Assembly (NCBI GenBank): GCA_013239625.1
Contig: MU054187.1
Coordinates: forward strand, 21,827,280-21,891,279
Origin: Lama guanicoe
Lineage: Eukaryota
Direction: 5' to 3'
DNA length: 64,000 nt
Shown here: one piece after another, positions 12,594 to 24,819 of the stretch
How positions within the stretch are numbered: the first letter of the stretch is position 1
Layout: every line of letters starts with the position of its first letter
Program-made: the position numbers and the translations under genes
The notes under the pieces: model-generated
What the model saw: only the letters and a program-made list of their open reading frames with translations
Database searches by the model: none
What the model was told of the DNA's origin: nothing

Positions 12594-15500
12594 CTAGGTG
12601 GCATTTTAAAACACGTTTGGACCCTTTTACAAACACTCTTAAGATGCATGTCCTGACATGCTTTCCTCCTTCAGGAAGAATGTCCAATCTTAGTAGCCAC
12701 TTGAAAAACTATTTACTGTTTTACAAGTTTTATCCCCCCACAAGATTTTAAAAAATCATCTAATGCTTTTATGAGTACCCGACTCTAGAAGAGAAAATCT
12801 TTTTTTCATTCTTTTTTTTTTGTGCTTTTTTTTTATCAGTTGGGTCAACAGGCTAACAACAGGATTGTTACTTGGGTGGTGACTTGCTCTGCAGGGGTTT
12901 TTGAATCAAATGCTCAAGTCAAATGCAAGATTAAGTGAACTCAGGTGTAATAACCAAGTGCCCTTTAGCTGGAAATATTCACCGTGTATGCAGGAAGTTA
13001 CTCTTTTAATTCACTCTTCACTGATCTTGTCCAAGTAGGTCTACCTAAGGAAAGTGGCGAGCTCGCTAATTGAAATAGTAATTTACAGAATGACTTAGGG
13101 TGCACAGAAGAAGTACATTACAGAGAACCTCTTTATTGGCCTTAAAAGGCTTACAGTACAGTCTTAATTTTACCCATCAGGGATGAAGCAGTAGCTACAA
13201 TGCTCCTTCAGTCTCTAAAAACTTTCTTTTGCTTCACCTCGATTTTCAGGTGTTAGTGTTCTCTAAACCTTGCCTATCTGTCTATCCCAATTTCTCTGAG
13301 TCATTCTATTTCTTTATTGTGAACTGGGTTAATAATCGTACTCACCTTGAAGGTCTTCCTTTTTCAAAAAATGAGGATTAGAGATAAAGACACATAACAG
13401 ATGCACAGTAGAGATAGCTATTATTTTTTCACTCAGTGTACTATTAATAATGGAAAATGGCATGGGTTGTGATTAAATAGGATGGGAGAGTTAAGTGCCC
13501 CCAAGAGTTGAGGACACAGGTTTGTGTCAGACCTTCCAAGACTTTGATTAATGAAGTATACAGGCTAGTCAGCCTGAAAAGTATGGAACAGTACCCTCCC
13601 TCAGGCTTTTTCTAAGAAATGGGTAAGGAATAAATGGAATGATTACAGATGCTTTTCTAGAAAGAAATTCTTTCCTCTAAAATTGCCCATAGAATGGGAG
13701 ATTTTACTCACTGTACTTTGACTCCCATGATCTTAGAACTTTTAAGAAGATCGTGAGCTGGGAACAAATGTTAGCATTCCTTTTTACAAGGAACAAAGAG
13801 GCTTTCCCAGATGAGAAAGGTAAGCCACTTACCCAAAGTCAGGTGTACGTGTTAGAATATTGTCTTCCAACTCTGTGTTAATGATCCTTTCCAGTGACAC
13901 ATTATAAAATCTAACTAAAAATAGCTTTTCTTTCATCACTTTGCATTCCATTATTAAAAAAGAGTTTAGTGATAAGGTTAGTTATTATCCCAAAACAGTC
14001 TTTGTAGTTTCCCTAAAATAGGCTTCTTAATGTCTGCATAGACAATGCTCGGTTTTGTCCATAGGGGTGAGGGGTGTGTGTCAAGGTGTAATATGGGCCG
14101 TCATCTCTCCTGAGTGACTGGATGCTGTGGGGTTTTTTTTTGCATGTCCACAGCCAGCCTGTCCAGGCCCACAGAACTGTCACACATCCCTCCTGAGGCT
14201 CCTTCGATGCCCACCCTTCCCACATTTCTCACATGATTTCAAAACTCCCTGGTTCCAGCATTGCTGGTGAACACATATTTCCACATTTCCACCAAAATCT
14301 GCTTAATTTCTTCTAGTCCTAAGGCTAAAGGATCAGAACACAGGATGGAATGTAACAGATCCTCTGGTCTTAGGTTGCTCAGGCAGGAAGAAGAAAAAGT
14401 AAATTTACATTAGTTTCCCTCCAACCAGATTTCAGAGACATTCTTGTCCTTTTAGCTAAAGGCAAAATAGCAAGATTTTAATGAAAGTCCCTCCAGATCC
14501 AGTCTCTCCTGTGCGGAAGCTTACTTGCATGATTAAGTTAGTTGCTAGAGGCCATCTGTCTTATTCTGAATTTTTCTCTGCTTTTCTTTAAATTTTTTTC
14601 ATGTTGCTCTAGGCAAATGAGATAAATGCATAACTAAATACATATCTTATACTAAGTTGATCTCTAAGATGGATTTGGCTGTAAGTTAGTGATGACTTTT
14701 AAGGAATCTTAAAGATCTCTGATAAAATACAATCTTCCTTCAGCAACGACTCCCATAGCAAGAGTGCACAGGGACTTTTCCGGGGGTCTCTTACAGCTCC
14801 TTTCTGAAATCAGAAAACTGGAGAGGCTTTGGGGACCAGTTCTCAACTGCGACTTGAAACACCTTGGGCTTCCAACCTTCAGGGCGAAGAGTGAAAAAGG
14901 TGTTGACAGCACTTCCTCATCCCGCGTTTATCCGGCCCTGCAGTGGACTTCCTTAATATGCAACACTTTGGCCTTGCAGTAACAGCCCAACATCCTTTAA
15001 GACTGCCCTGGACTCTGCCTTTAACTACTTGGTAAAGTTCCACATAACCTTCGTGCACCTGCCTGAGGATTACAAAGTAAGGGAATGACATGCTGGCAAG
15101 TGCCTTAGTTTTCCATCATCACCCAGGAGGCAGCCGGAACCAGTCTGGTGAGAAAGAACTCCAGGAACCGCCCCCACCCCCACCCCAGGTTCAAGTCAAT
15201 AACACTTTTAGAAAGGAGATCCACAGAGGCCAATGGAGCCCTCAAGGGCCTTGGTCACTAAGAATCAAGGTCCAGGCAGAATGAAGCTTGGGGGCACGGA
15301 TTTCCTAGAACAAACAAGACTGATTTTATGTAACAATATGATCGGGGAAGATGAATTTCTGGCAAATGTTATCAGTTCCCCCTGTTGGTAATTTCTGGGG
15401 GTGCCAGCTAGCTGGGCTTACATTTGACATTCCTACAATGCGGCCTTTTGCTACTTCTGTCCCAGACTGCAAGAATTCTCAGAGATCCGCCTGCAGAGTC

Positions 15501-16205
15501 GGGCAGGATTCAACTGTGTGTTTGCTTGCAGCCGACACCAGCTGCTGTTAGCCTTTTCTGTCCTAATTTTGTTGTTTGTTTTTTTTGGTTAAGATTGTAT
15601 TGCTCATCCTTCTCCCACTTCTGATACTACTTATAAAGTGCCAAGCTAGTTTTTGGTGAACATGGTATTATTATTAAATACCAGTGCTCCTTCCAAAGGA
15701 GCATTGACTATTGACATCAAGTCACTTCTGGAAATTGGGCTGACTGTGCCATGTATTAGCTGGTTACCCTGTTTTTTAAAGGAATATTTTAACTTTAAGA
15801 TAAGAGGTGGCAAATGCAACTTTGCTTAAGGATTCAAGTCCTTAAAACATAAAATTGGAGTGGTGACGAAGAAAGGAACCATTCCTTAGTGGCAGCTAGA
15901 CATCATTAAGTTTGAAGAAAAGATAGGGTGTCTTTTATTAGATCAAATATTAGCAGCAATGTTCTGGCACGATGCACATGCCTTCTGTATGAGATGAATA
16001 TGACATCCACTCAAAAAACAGCCCAGTGGGGAGAGAAATGCCAACAATAATAGATGTGACCTTTCAGTGCCTTGGCCATTGGCATTGCGCGAGGGTAATC
16101 CTAGATCACCCATTTTTCCATTTGGATGTTGCTAAGACTGACAGGGCAGGTGTCCTGCCTAAAGCAATTGATTTGCAATCTGCTTTCAGTCCCCTTCCTG
16201 CTGGC

Positions 16206-16259
16206 CTTTCCCAAAGTGAGCTTGAAAATCCGGTTCTTTTCAAGATCTCTGCCGAGACC
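16206..16259 (-). other. CA1: Homolog of the alternative 54-nt non-coding 5'UTR exon of CA1, with a non-canonical GC donor
   Basis: Minus strand GGTCTCGGCAGAGATCTTGAAAAGAACCGGATTTTCAAGCTCACTTTGGGAAAG resembles my recollection of the human CA1 5'UTR segment (...GTGAAAAGAACTGGATTTTCAAGTTCACTTTGCAAGAG). Preceded by ttcctcgcctctag, followed by GCCAGC. Confidence 0.6.
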
Positions 16260-17308
16260 CTAGAGGCGAGGAACTGATAAATTATTTTTCTTACTTGTAA
16301 GGCTGTTACGGAACCAGTGCAAAGACTGATGATAAATGGATGTACCTCAGAGATGTTTAAACCTACTAAATTGAGCAGGATAGAAATGCAGCTACTGACG
16401 GAGAACTTGAACCACAGTGTCTGGGCAAAGCTAAATTGAGCACAACTTAATCCCTTCATTACGGTATGAACAAGGAATAAGACAAGTGGTACCATGGTGG
16501 TCAGGCACTGCTTAAAGCACCACAACTTCTGGTTGTTGAAATTAACGATGGATTGATTTTTGTGACTCACAGTTACTCACACACCGCCTTTGAGGTCACC
16601 AGCCCACCTCCTTAACCATCAGGGCTGCCCCTCAAATTCTTCAACCCAACTCCAGGGGATGGATGGAAAAAGCTTGTTGGGATGTCTTCTTAGGGTATAA
16701 AATTGGGCTAGACATCACTGCATGTGCAAGGGGAGAGAACCACATGCTCCAAGCAGCACTTACAGAATCCTGCTCCTCTCTGATTTGTCCTCGGCAGGAA
16801 AAGTGCTGAAAGCCAGTCCAAGGGGAATGTCAGAGTTTCATTCTGGAGTAGACATGTGTGAACCTGTCTTTTCTGGAAGCTGAACTCTGTTTCTAGTGCC
16901 CAGCTTGAATGTCAAATCTACACCTGTATGCCCGGGTCAGTTCTGTCTGGTGGCATCTGGAGCAGCTCCGCCCTCTGAACCTCAGCCCCAGCCCTCCCAC
17001 TTGGACTCTGACCTTGTCTTTGTCTGGGGTTGGTCATCACAGTCTGACTGCTGCCTGCCTCAGGAGTCTTGTCTCTGCTCTGCCCATCCCCTGCCTGCCA
17101 GCATAGCTCAGCCTCCAGTCTGGAATCCCCTTATTCTACCCTGTTCTGTGAGCTGATACTGACCATTAGTTGAGTTCAGGCTCATATGACTGCTTGGACC
17201 AGAGGCTGAGAGTTGAGGCCGGGGATATGAGCAACAGAGGGAGAGGGCATGCTGGCACAGGCCAGAACAAAGGTCAGTGTGTGCTCTTTGGTGGTCGAAA
17301 ATGTGTGG

Positions 17309-17441
17309 CTTACAGCATAATGTCCCAGATATGCGTATATACATGTATATTCATTTTCATATTCTTTTTCATTAAATGTTATTACAAGATATTGAATATA
17401 GAAATTGACACATTGCAACTGACTATAGTTCAATCAAAAAA
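17309..17441. mobile_element. Tiny 5'-inverted L1 3'-end insertion
   Basis: 17311-17400 is antisense and 17401-17443 is sense L1 3'UTR with A tail (compare the collinear copy at 31530-31667); flanked by AAAATGTGTGG / AAAAGTGTGG. Confidence 0.75.
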
Positions 17442-18711
17442 AAGTGTGGAAAAACATCTGGCCTAAATGGGAAAAAGGTGAAAGCAAGAAGAACATGGGC
17501 CATTAACTATGTGCCCCACTCTGAGCAACACCAGGCTGTGTGTGCACTTGGAACTCAGCTGACTTGGGTAGCGTTTGTATCATGAGCCTTTCACATTGTG
17601 AAAAATCATTCATGGATATCTTAACTTGTGACTTTAATTTTTTGAATGGTAATAAGTTCATATGTTTCTAAACTTAAAGATATGAAAGGGTACAAAATGA
17701 AACAAACTCTCTCCCATCATCCCAGAGAGAACCATACTTATCATTTTCAAAAAATACAGATAGTATTATTCTATATATACTTTTTTGGCCCTCACCTTTT
17801 CTCTGTAACATGTTATTTAATTTAAAAGTTAAATGTCTTTTGGCGAGAACAAATAATTTCACACTTCTGTTGGATTCAAGAGCAGCTAATACCTTGAAAT
17901 CACAGAATGAAGCTGCTTTAGAGAAAGCAAGAAAATAAGGCATACTTTAAAAGTCCCTAAATTCCTCCTTATGCATGAGAGGAAAATAGGATAAAATGAC
18001 TTCAACTTTTAAAAAGCTTTGTGAACTACAGAGTCATTCACAAATATAACTTCTTACTGATTCCCAGTTGCTGATCTAAACCCTGGGGGCCACGTGTGCT
18101 TCAGAGTTTAAAATTGTTAAGATCTTATAAGATCATTACAGTGCAAAGATTATATAATTAATGTCCCTAGGAGGCCTGGGTGGGTCACCCTGTAATTGAA
18201 CACATTACTATTTTTATAGCAAAATGTATGAATAGTCATAATAAGTAGAATAAATAAGGACTATAATGGGCTTTACATCAGGTCAGGTCAAGTTTGCCTC
18301 ACAAATGAGTTCAGGTCAAGTCAGGTCAGATTTTTGCAGAAAGTTTTTTGGTTTTCAGAAAGTTTTGGGTTTCAGGGTTGGAAGCAAGCCATATGATGAG
18401 TGGGTCAACACGAAGGCAATAGAGGTGGAAGGAAAACCATCAAATCTAGACTCGGGGATCTGAGTACCTGCTCTACAATTCACCCCTTGGATGGGACTGT
18501 GGAAGTTACTCTACCTGCTTAACTGTTTCCCAATCTGAAAAGTAGGAAAAGAATTCCTACCTTGCAGGCTTGTACTGAGGGTTCATGACAATGTGTTTCA
18601 AGTGTCTGGTACCTGGTAAACACACTACAATTGACAATTGCTGTCATTGTTCATAGGAGGTGGAATCTAATGAAATACAATTAAAAAAATTTTTTTAAAT
18701 GAAGAATTTGA

Positions 18712-18862
18712 GGCGGGGAGGGTATAGCTCAGTGGTAGAGTGCATGCTTAACATGCACAAGGTCCTAGGTTCAATCCCCAGTACCTCCATTAAAAAAAAA
18801 GTTAACATAAATAAATAAACCTAATTACCTCACCTCCAAAACAAACAAAAAGAAATAAAACA
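18712..18862 (+). mobile_element. Camelid tRNA-derived SINE (Vic-type)
   Basis: Full head GGGGAGGGTATAGCTCAGTGGTAGAG...GGTTCAATCCCCAGTACCTCC, A-rich tail, TSD AAGAATTTGA at 18702-18711 and 18863-18872. Confidence 0.9.
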
Positions 18863-20116
18863 AAGAATTTGACAGTAGTAGGAGAAAGAGGTAGAATTTT
18901 GTACCTATTGAACCCAGATCAAATGCAATAAAGTGAAAAGTTATTTTAAACTTCAGAAACTTCAGGATGAATGGAATGTTACCTATCTGAACTCCTCCAA
19001 GGCATCCAAATGGATGCACTTTTACTCTGCTTTGAAATTAATTCCAAGCCCAGGGAGTGGAATACAGAGTGTCTGTAATAATTTCAGAGTGATTCCCAGG
19101 GAACATTAAATCTGGCTGAGATTTCACATTATAGGAATTATCGAATGTGTGCCTTTAGCAAAAATCATTCATCAACTTACATATCTGAAGCTGCGGCGTT
19201 TAAACAAATACTCCAGTGTAACATTTCACTTATTAGGGGACATGACCAAACAATCAAGTTACCAAGAATAAAATGGGAGTCCTAAAAACAACTAAAACAA
19301 AGACAAAATTTTGTGTAAGAATCCCAAGAGAGTTCTTTAAGGAAAAAGGACCAGTACCTCAAAGTCTCTCATTCTGGGATTTGAATTTATGGCAACTTGT
19401 TGGGGTGGACAAGGCAGCACTGACCTAAGTTCAGAGTCCAGGAAGTTCCAAAGAGCCTCTGAAAATGAAACGTCTGGAAAGCGGATGGCCCTAAACCCAG
19501 CCTGTAGCGAGAAGGGCAGCAGTGGTCTGGACCCATCAGGAATTGGACATAGGAACCTGTCCCACTCCAGGCATTTGTGGTCACACTTTCAGCCTCTGGA
19601 CTGGGAAAACTATTTTAATTCATGCATTTACTCATTTAGCAATTATTTTTGAATGTTGAATAATCATAGTTCTATGAAAATATTCAAGAAACAGAGGGAC
19701 ATGCCCTTATTTTCATGGGTATTATAGCTTACTGGGGACTTACCACAAACAAGTAAACAAGAAGCAACTTACTGAAAATTGTAAATTCTTTAAAGGACTA
19801 GGCTAGGTAGGGACTGTGAGGGCAGGAATGGGCTACTTTAGATTAGGCAGACAGAGAAACCTATAAACAGAAGTGATCTTCAGGCTGAGATGAGAAGGTA
19901 CCAGCAGTGCCAAGAGGAAAGCAGGAGGCAGCTGGGGTGGAGGAGCATGAGCTGTTTCTTGTCCCTGGAATACCCCTTGTCTGCAAGTCTTTCCCGTTAT
20001 TCAGATTTCAGATCCGGTGCCATCCCCTGAGATCTTCCTGACCTGCTAAACTTAACTTCTCCTCTTTGGCCAGTCACTTTCTATCCACTACCCTGCTTTA
20101 TTTCCTCAGAGCTCTT

Positions 20117-21464
20117 TTTTTTTTTTAACATTTTTTATTGATTTATAATCATTTTGCACTGTTGTGTCAAATTCCAGTGTAGAGCCCAATTTTTCAGTTA
20201 TACATGAACATATATATATTCATTGTCACATTTTTTTCTCTGTGAGCTACCATAAGATCTTGTATATATTTCCCTGTGCTATACAGTATAATCTTGTTTA
20301 TCTATTCTACATTTTTGAAATCCCAGTCTATCCCTTCCCACCCTCTGCCCCCTTCGCAACCACAAGTTTGTATTCTATGTCTGAGTCTATTTCTGTTTTG
20401 TATTTATGCTTCATTTGTTTGTTTTTTGTCTTTATTTAGATTCCACATATGAGTGATCTCATATGGTATTTTTCTTTCTCTTTCTGGCTTACTTCTCTTA
20501 GAATGACATTCTCCAGGAGCATCCATGTTGCTGCAAATGGTGTTATGTTGCCAGTTTTTATGGCTGAATAGTATTCCATTGTATAAATATGCCATATCTT
20601 CTTTATTCAGTCATCTGTTGATGGACATTTAGGCTGTCTCCATATCTTGGCTATTGTAAATAGTGCTGCTATGAACATTGGGGTGCAGGTGTCATTTTGA
20701 AATAGGGTTCCTTCTGGATATATGCCCAGGAGTGGGATTCCTGGGTCATATGGTAAGTCTATTCCTAGTCTTTTGAGGAATCTCCATACTGTTTTCCACA
20801 GTGGCTGCACCAAACTGCATTCCCACCAGCAGTGTAGGAGGGTTCCCTTTTCTCCACAGCCTCTCCAGCATTTGTCATTTGTGGATTTTTGAATGATGGC
20901 CGCTCTGACTGGTGTGAGGTGATACCTCATTGTAGTTTTGATTTGCATTTCTCTGGTAATTAGTGATATTGAGCATTTTTTTCATGTGCCTATTGATCAT
21001 TTGTATGTCTTCCTTGGAAAACTGCTTGTTTAGGTCTTTTGCCCATCTTTGGTTTGGGTTGTTTGTTTGTTTTTCTTATTAAGTCATTTGAGCTGCTTAT
21101 ATATTCTGGAGATCAAGCCTTTGTCAGTTTCATTTGCAAAATTTTTTTTCCCATTCTGTAGATTGTCTTTTTGTTTTACTTATGGTTTCCTTTGCTGTGC
21201 AGAAGTTAGTAAGTTGCATTAGGTCCCATTTGTTTATTCTTATTTTTATTTCTATTGCTTGAGTGGACTGCCCTAGGAGAACATTTTTGAGATGTATGTC
21301 AGGTAATGTTTTGCCTATATTTTCTTCTAGGAGGTTTATTGTATCTTGTCTTATGTTTAAGCCTTTGATCCATCTTGAGTTTATTTTTGGGTATGGTGTA
21401 AGGGAGTGTTCTAGCTTCATTGCTTTACATGCTGCTGTTCAGTTTTCCCAACACCATTTGCTGA
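20117..21464 (-). mobile_element. Young 5'-truncated L1 (ORF2 C-terminus + 3'UTR), inserted in an older L2-like element
   Basis: ORFs 21130..21420 and 20607..20948 translate as L1 ORF2p C-terminal domain ([19 protein letters not shown]); perfect 14-bp TSD TCCTCAGAGCTCTT at 20103-20116 and 21465-21478; L2-type end aaatatttgttgaatgaat at ~21588-21606. Confidence 0.95.
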
Positions 21465-21699
21465 TCCTCAGAGCTCTTATTGCCATCTAAAATTACTTTG
21501 TTTTCTTGCTTATTGTGGGTTTCCCCTCTTTAGATGGAAACCTTCATAAGAGCCCTGAGCATTTCGTCCAGTCCCTGTAGGTATCTAAATATTTGTTGAA
21601 TGAATAAAGAAAATCTGCAGAGACCCTAAGGTGGAAAAGAACTTGGTGTGTTCTAGGAAATGAAATCAGGCCTTTGGGTCCTGTCACATTTTTAATGAC

Positions 21700-22114
21700 C
21701 CCCCAGTGAATCCTTCCTCTTGGTGCCCGTGCCTGTGTGAAGCCCCCTCCCTCACTGACTCCAGGCTTGGTCCTGTGACTTTTTGGGCCAGTGGGATGCC
21801 GACACACAACAGAAGCTTGGTAAGTGCTTATCTGAGACAGATGAGCCATGAGAAAGAGCCTTGCCTGGTTTTGCCTCCTTCAAATGGAAATACCACTTGG
21901 AGAGAAAACCAGGTTATCCCAGAGTCCCAGTGGAACTTAGCTCCCTACCAATCCTCTGGTTAAATCCGGCTGCACGAATGGGTCCAGGCAAAACCAGAAG
22001 AATAACCCTCCTCTTCCCCTGAAATTCCGCAGTGAAGAATTGTGAGATAGAAAACAGTTGCTTTAAACCATGGAGTTTTTGGGTGGTCTGCTATCTGCAA
22101 AAGAACTGAAACAC
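21700..22114 (+). mobile_element. MaLR (MLT1-like) LTR fragment
   Basis: Typical motifs gcttggtcctgtgactttttgggccagtggga and ttgctttaaaccatggagtttttgggtggtctgctat...aactgaaaca. Confidence 0.6.
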
Positions 22115-24819
22115 AAATGAGGCATACTGAGCAGGGGAAAGTGGTATGAAATGGGGGTAGAGAAATTCAGAGCCTTACACCTGGAGTTATTTTATATTAA
22201 ATGCAATGGGAGATCATTAATAGGCTTGAAGGGAGAAGAGATCAGCTAGGAGGCTGTCCAGTTATCCATTGCTGCTTTGACTAACGGAAGATGATGAAAG
22301 AGACTCTGCACTGATTTCCAGGCTTGCCCTTGAGACTGACAATTTCTACTTTCTCTTTCCAGGGATTCTCTCTCAGAGGCCTGAGTCTGCATTTAAGAAG
22401 TTGATTGCCCAGCAGAAGAAATCATGTCAAAGGTCCCTAAGTCACTGAGCCCCCCAGATTCAACAGGAGGGGACATACTCCAGCTGTCTTTGGAGAGACC
22501 AGTCTGCCCAAGGTCCCAGATATTATCTTCTACTCATCACAGTAACACTGTAACGTTGATATCATCTTAATTTTTATGGATGAGAAGAAGTTTAGATGCG
22601 TTATACCACTTTGTTTAAACTTTCAGAGAGGTAGAGGCAGTATTTTAACTCAGGTCTATCTAATTCCAAAAGCAGACTGTGTCTACTCTAAGAGATCAGA
22701 TGGGCTCTGGATTGACAATATAGGAGAGTCTTGGTGGCAGAAAGAAAGGAGGCAAAAAGTTGTTAGAGTTAGGGAGGAGATAAGAGGAAAGGAAGGGATA
22801 GTCCAGGTGGGAGAAAGAAACTCTTCTTACCACCTTCTCCCAAACTGTGCCCCACCTCAAACACTCTGACCTTCAGTGACACTATAACTATATTGATCTC
22901 TGAAGACTGCTTCCTTATTCTAAATTTTCCTCACTGCAATTGCTTCAAATCCCTTTAAAAGAAAAAAAAATACTGAAGCATTGTTTGCAGTAGCTGATGG
23001 CTAAAAGCTAGAAACAAATATCCACCAACAGAGGAATGGACAACTACATTGTGATGTTGTACAGTGGAGTACAAACTATATGCATCAATACAGATAAATC
23101 TCAAAAACATAACTAATCAAAAAAGTTAAATTGGGGGAAAATGAGTATAGTATAATATCATTTGTATAAAGTTTAAAACATACATAATAATGCAGCGTAT
23201 AATTTATACATTTATACTATGTAGTAATAACAGACAATATACTTAAGAAAAGTAAGCATGAATTTCAGGTGATCACAGTCACCTCTAGGAGGGAAAACGA
23301 GAAAGAAAATGGGGAGGTGTAGACTATAGGCTTTAACTGTATCAATAAGTTCTTATTTCCCTAAAAAAATAAAACAGAACAAAACAGCACAAAGCAAAAC
23401 GGTCAGTAGAAGCCAAAGGAACTTTCTTCAAGATGGATATTGTGAGATCGGAGGCCAAAGCAAAGTTGCTTGAAGTCCCAGTTGACAGATTGCAACAACT
23501 TGGGGACATTCAACCCACTGGTTCACAAAACACCACCTTAAACACAGTGGGAACTGAAAGAAAGGACATGTAACTTGACACCTTGAAGTTGTGCAGTTGG
23601 AAAAAATGCACAGACTGTACCCTAGTCAGGGAGGTACCATCTGCATAAAGGTTATCGGCAGCCAAGGAAGTGGGGCGGTACCCCTTCCAAATTGCTTTTG
23701 AGGTAAGTAAGGCCATCCCTGGAAGGCCAGACGGAAGAACAGAAAGAGATGTGCCTCTGAGAATACAGACCGTCCTGAAGGACTCTGAGGATGAATTGGG
23801 GTGAGGTTTTGATCGGCGTGGGAGTGTAGAGAATCTTATGCCAGCAGGTCAGATCAAGAAATCAATGATTTAATTTCTCACTTATTGGTTGATAGGTGAG
23901 TCCTAGGGAAACAGAAGTTACACTTAAAAAGAGAAACACCTGGAAGAGCTAAAAGAAGTCAAAATGCGGTTCAACAAAATGTGAACAATCACATCAGGAC
24001 CTTTCTTATGTTAATGGGTGGAGAGGGCTTGGAAGGAGAAATACACTGGCCCTCAGACTGAAAGGTTTGACATGCAGATAGAAGTGGGGCAGCAAGGGAA
24101 GCTAGAGACACAGAAGACCAGTTTTGTCAAAGGTTATTTTCTTTTTTGTTCGCCTGTGCAAGAACCCAGTGAAAGCTGCTTGCAATGGTCCTTTACATCT
24201 AGTTCCCAGCTTAGTGGCAGTTATAACAAAGCTCACTTCACCAAGGCCCTTGAGGATGGAGGCATATTCGTTAGCTCTGAGTACTGGCCTCCTTCAATTA
24301 CGCTGGAAAATCCAGATTCTCTGAAAACTGAGTCCTAAATTAAGCACAACTGGCTCAAAACCCATTTGCTGGTATTTTATACAACCTACCAATGTGGAGA
24401 CCACATTCCTTGGAGGAGCATGGAGAGCATGTGATAACGTTCTGTACAGATTAGATTTCCTGGTTGCAGCATTTGGTTAAGTGGAGGATATTAAAAAACA
24501 AAACAAGATATAAAGACACAGAAAGACTAGTTTAAGCCACATTAAATCATTGTCAGACAGTTTTGGGGAACAAATTAAATCCTTCCAAGAGGATAAAAAA
24601 CATGAGATTTTGCAGTTTTTTATCTCCTTTAACCCTACTTGCTTGAAATAGTCACTTCTTCATATCTTAAATAGAAAATTTAGTCGGCCATTTTATTTTA
24701 AGATGAAATACCAGTGTTCCCTGAAAATAGGCATACATGTGTTCTAAAGACAATACTCACCTCCTCTTGTCAACCTGTAAGGTGAAAGTTAGATATCAGA
24801 GTTGGCCCAGGAGGTGGGC

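Noticed and set aside
16106..16570. 154-aa minus-strand ORF
   Set aside because: No recognisable domain, non-ATG start, intronic; consistent with chance.
18715..18790. tRNA gene-like sequences (also 3581, 44788, 62770 and antisense copies)
   Set aside because: They have A-rich tails and TSDs and are dispersed copies, so SINEs rather than tRNA genes.
23420..24450. Unique-looking sequence with short ORFs, possible processed pseudogene
   Set aside because: Translations resembled no protein I recognise; no poly(A) or TSD.
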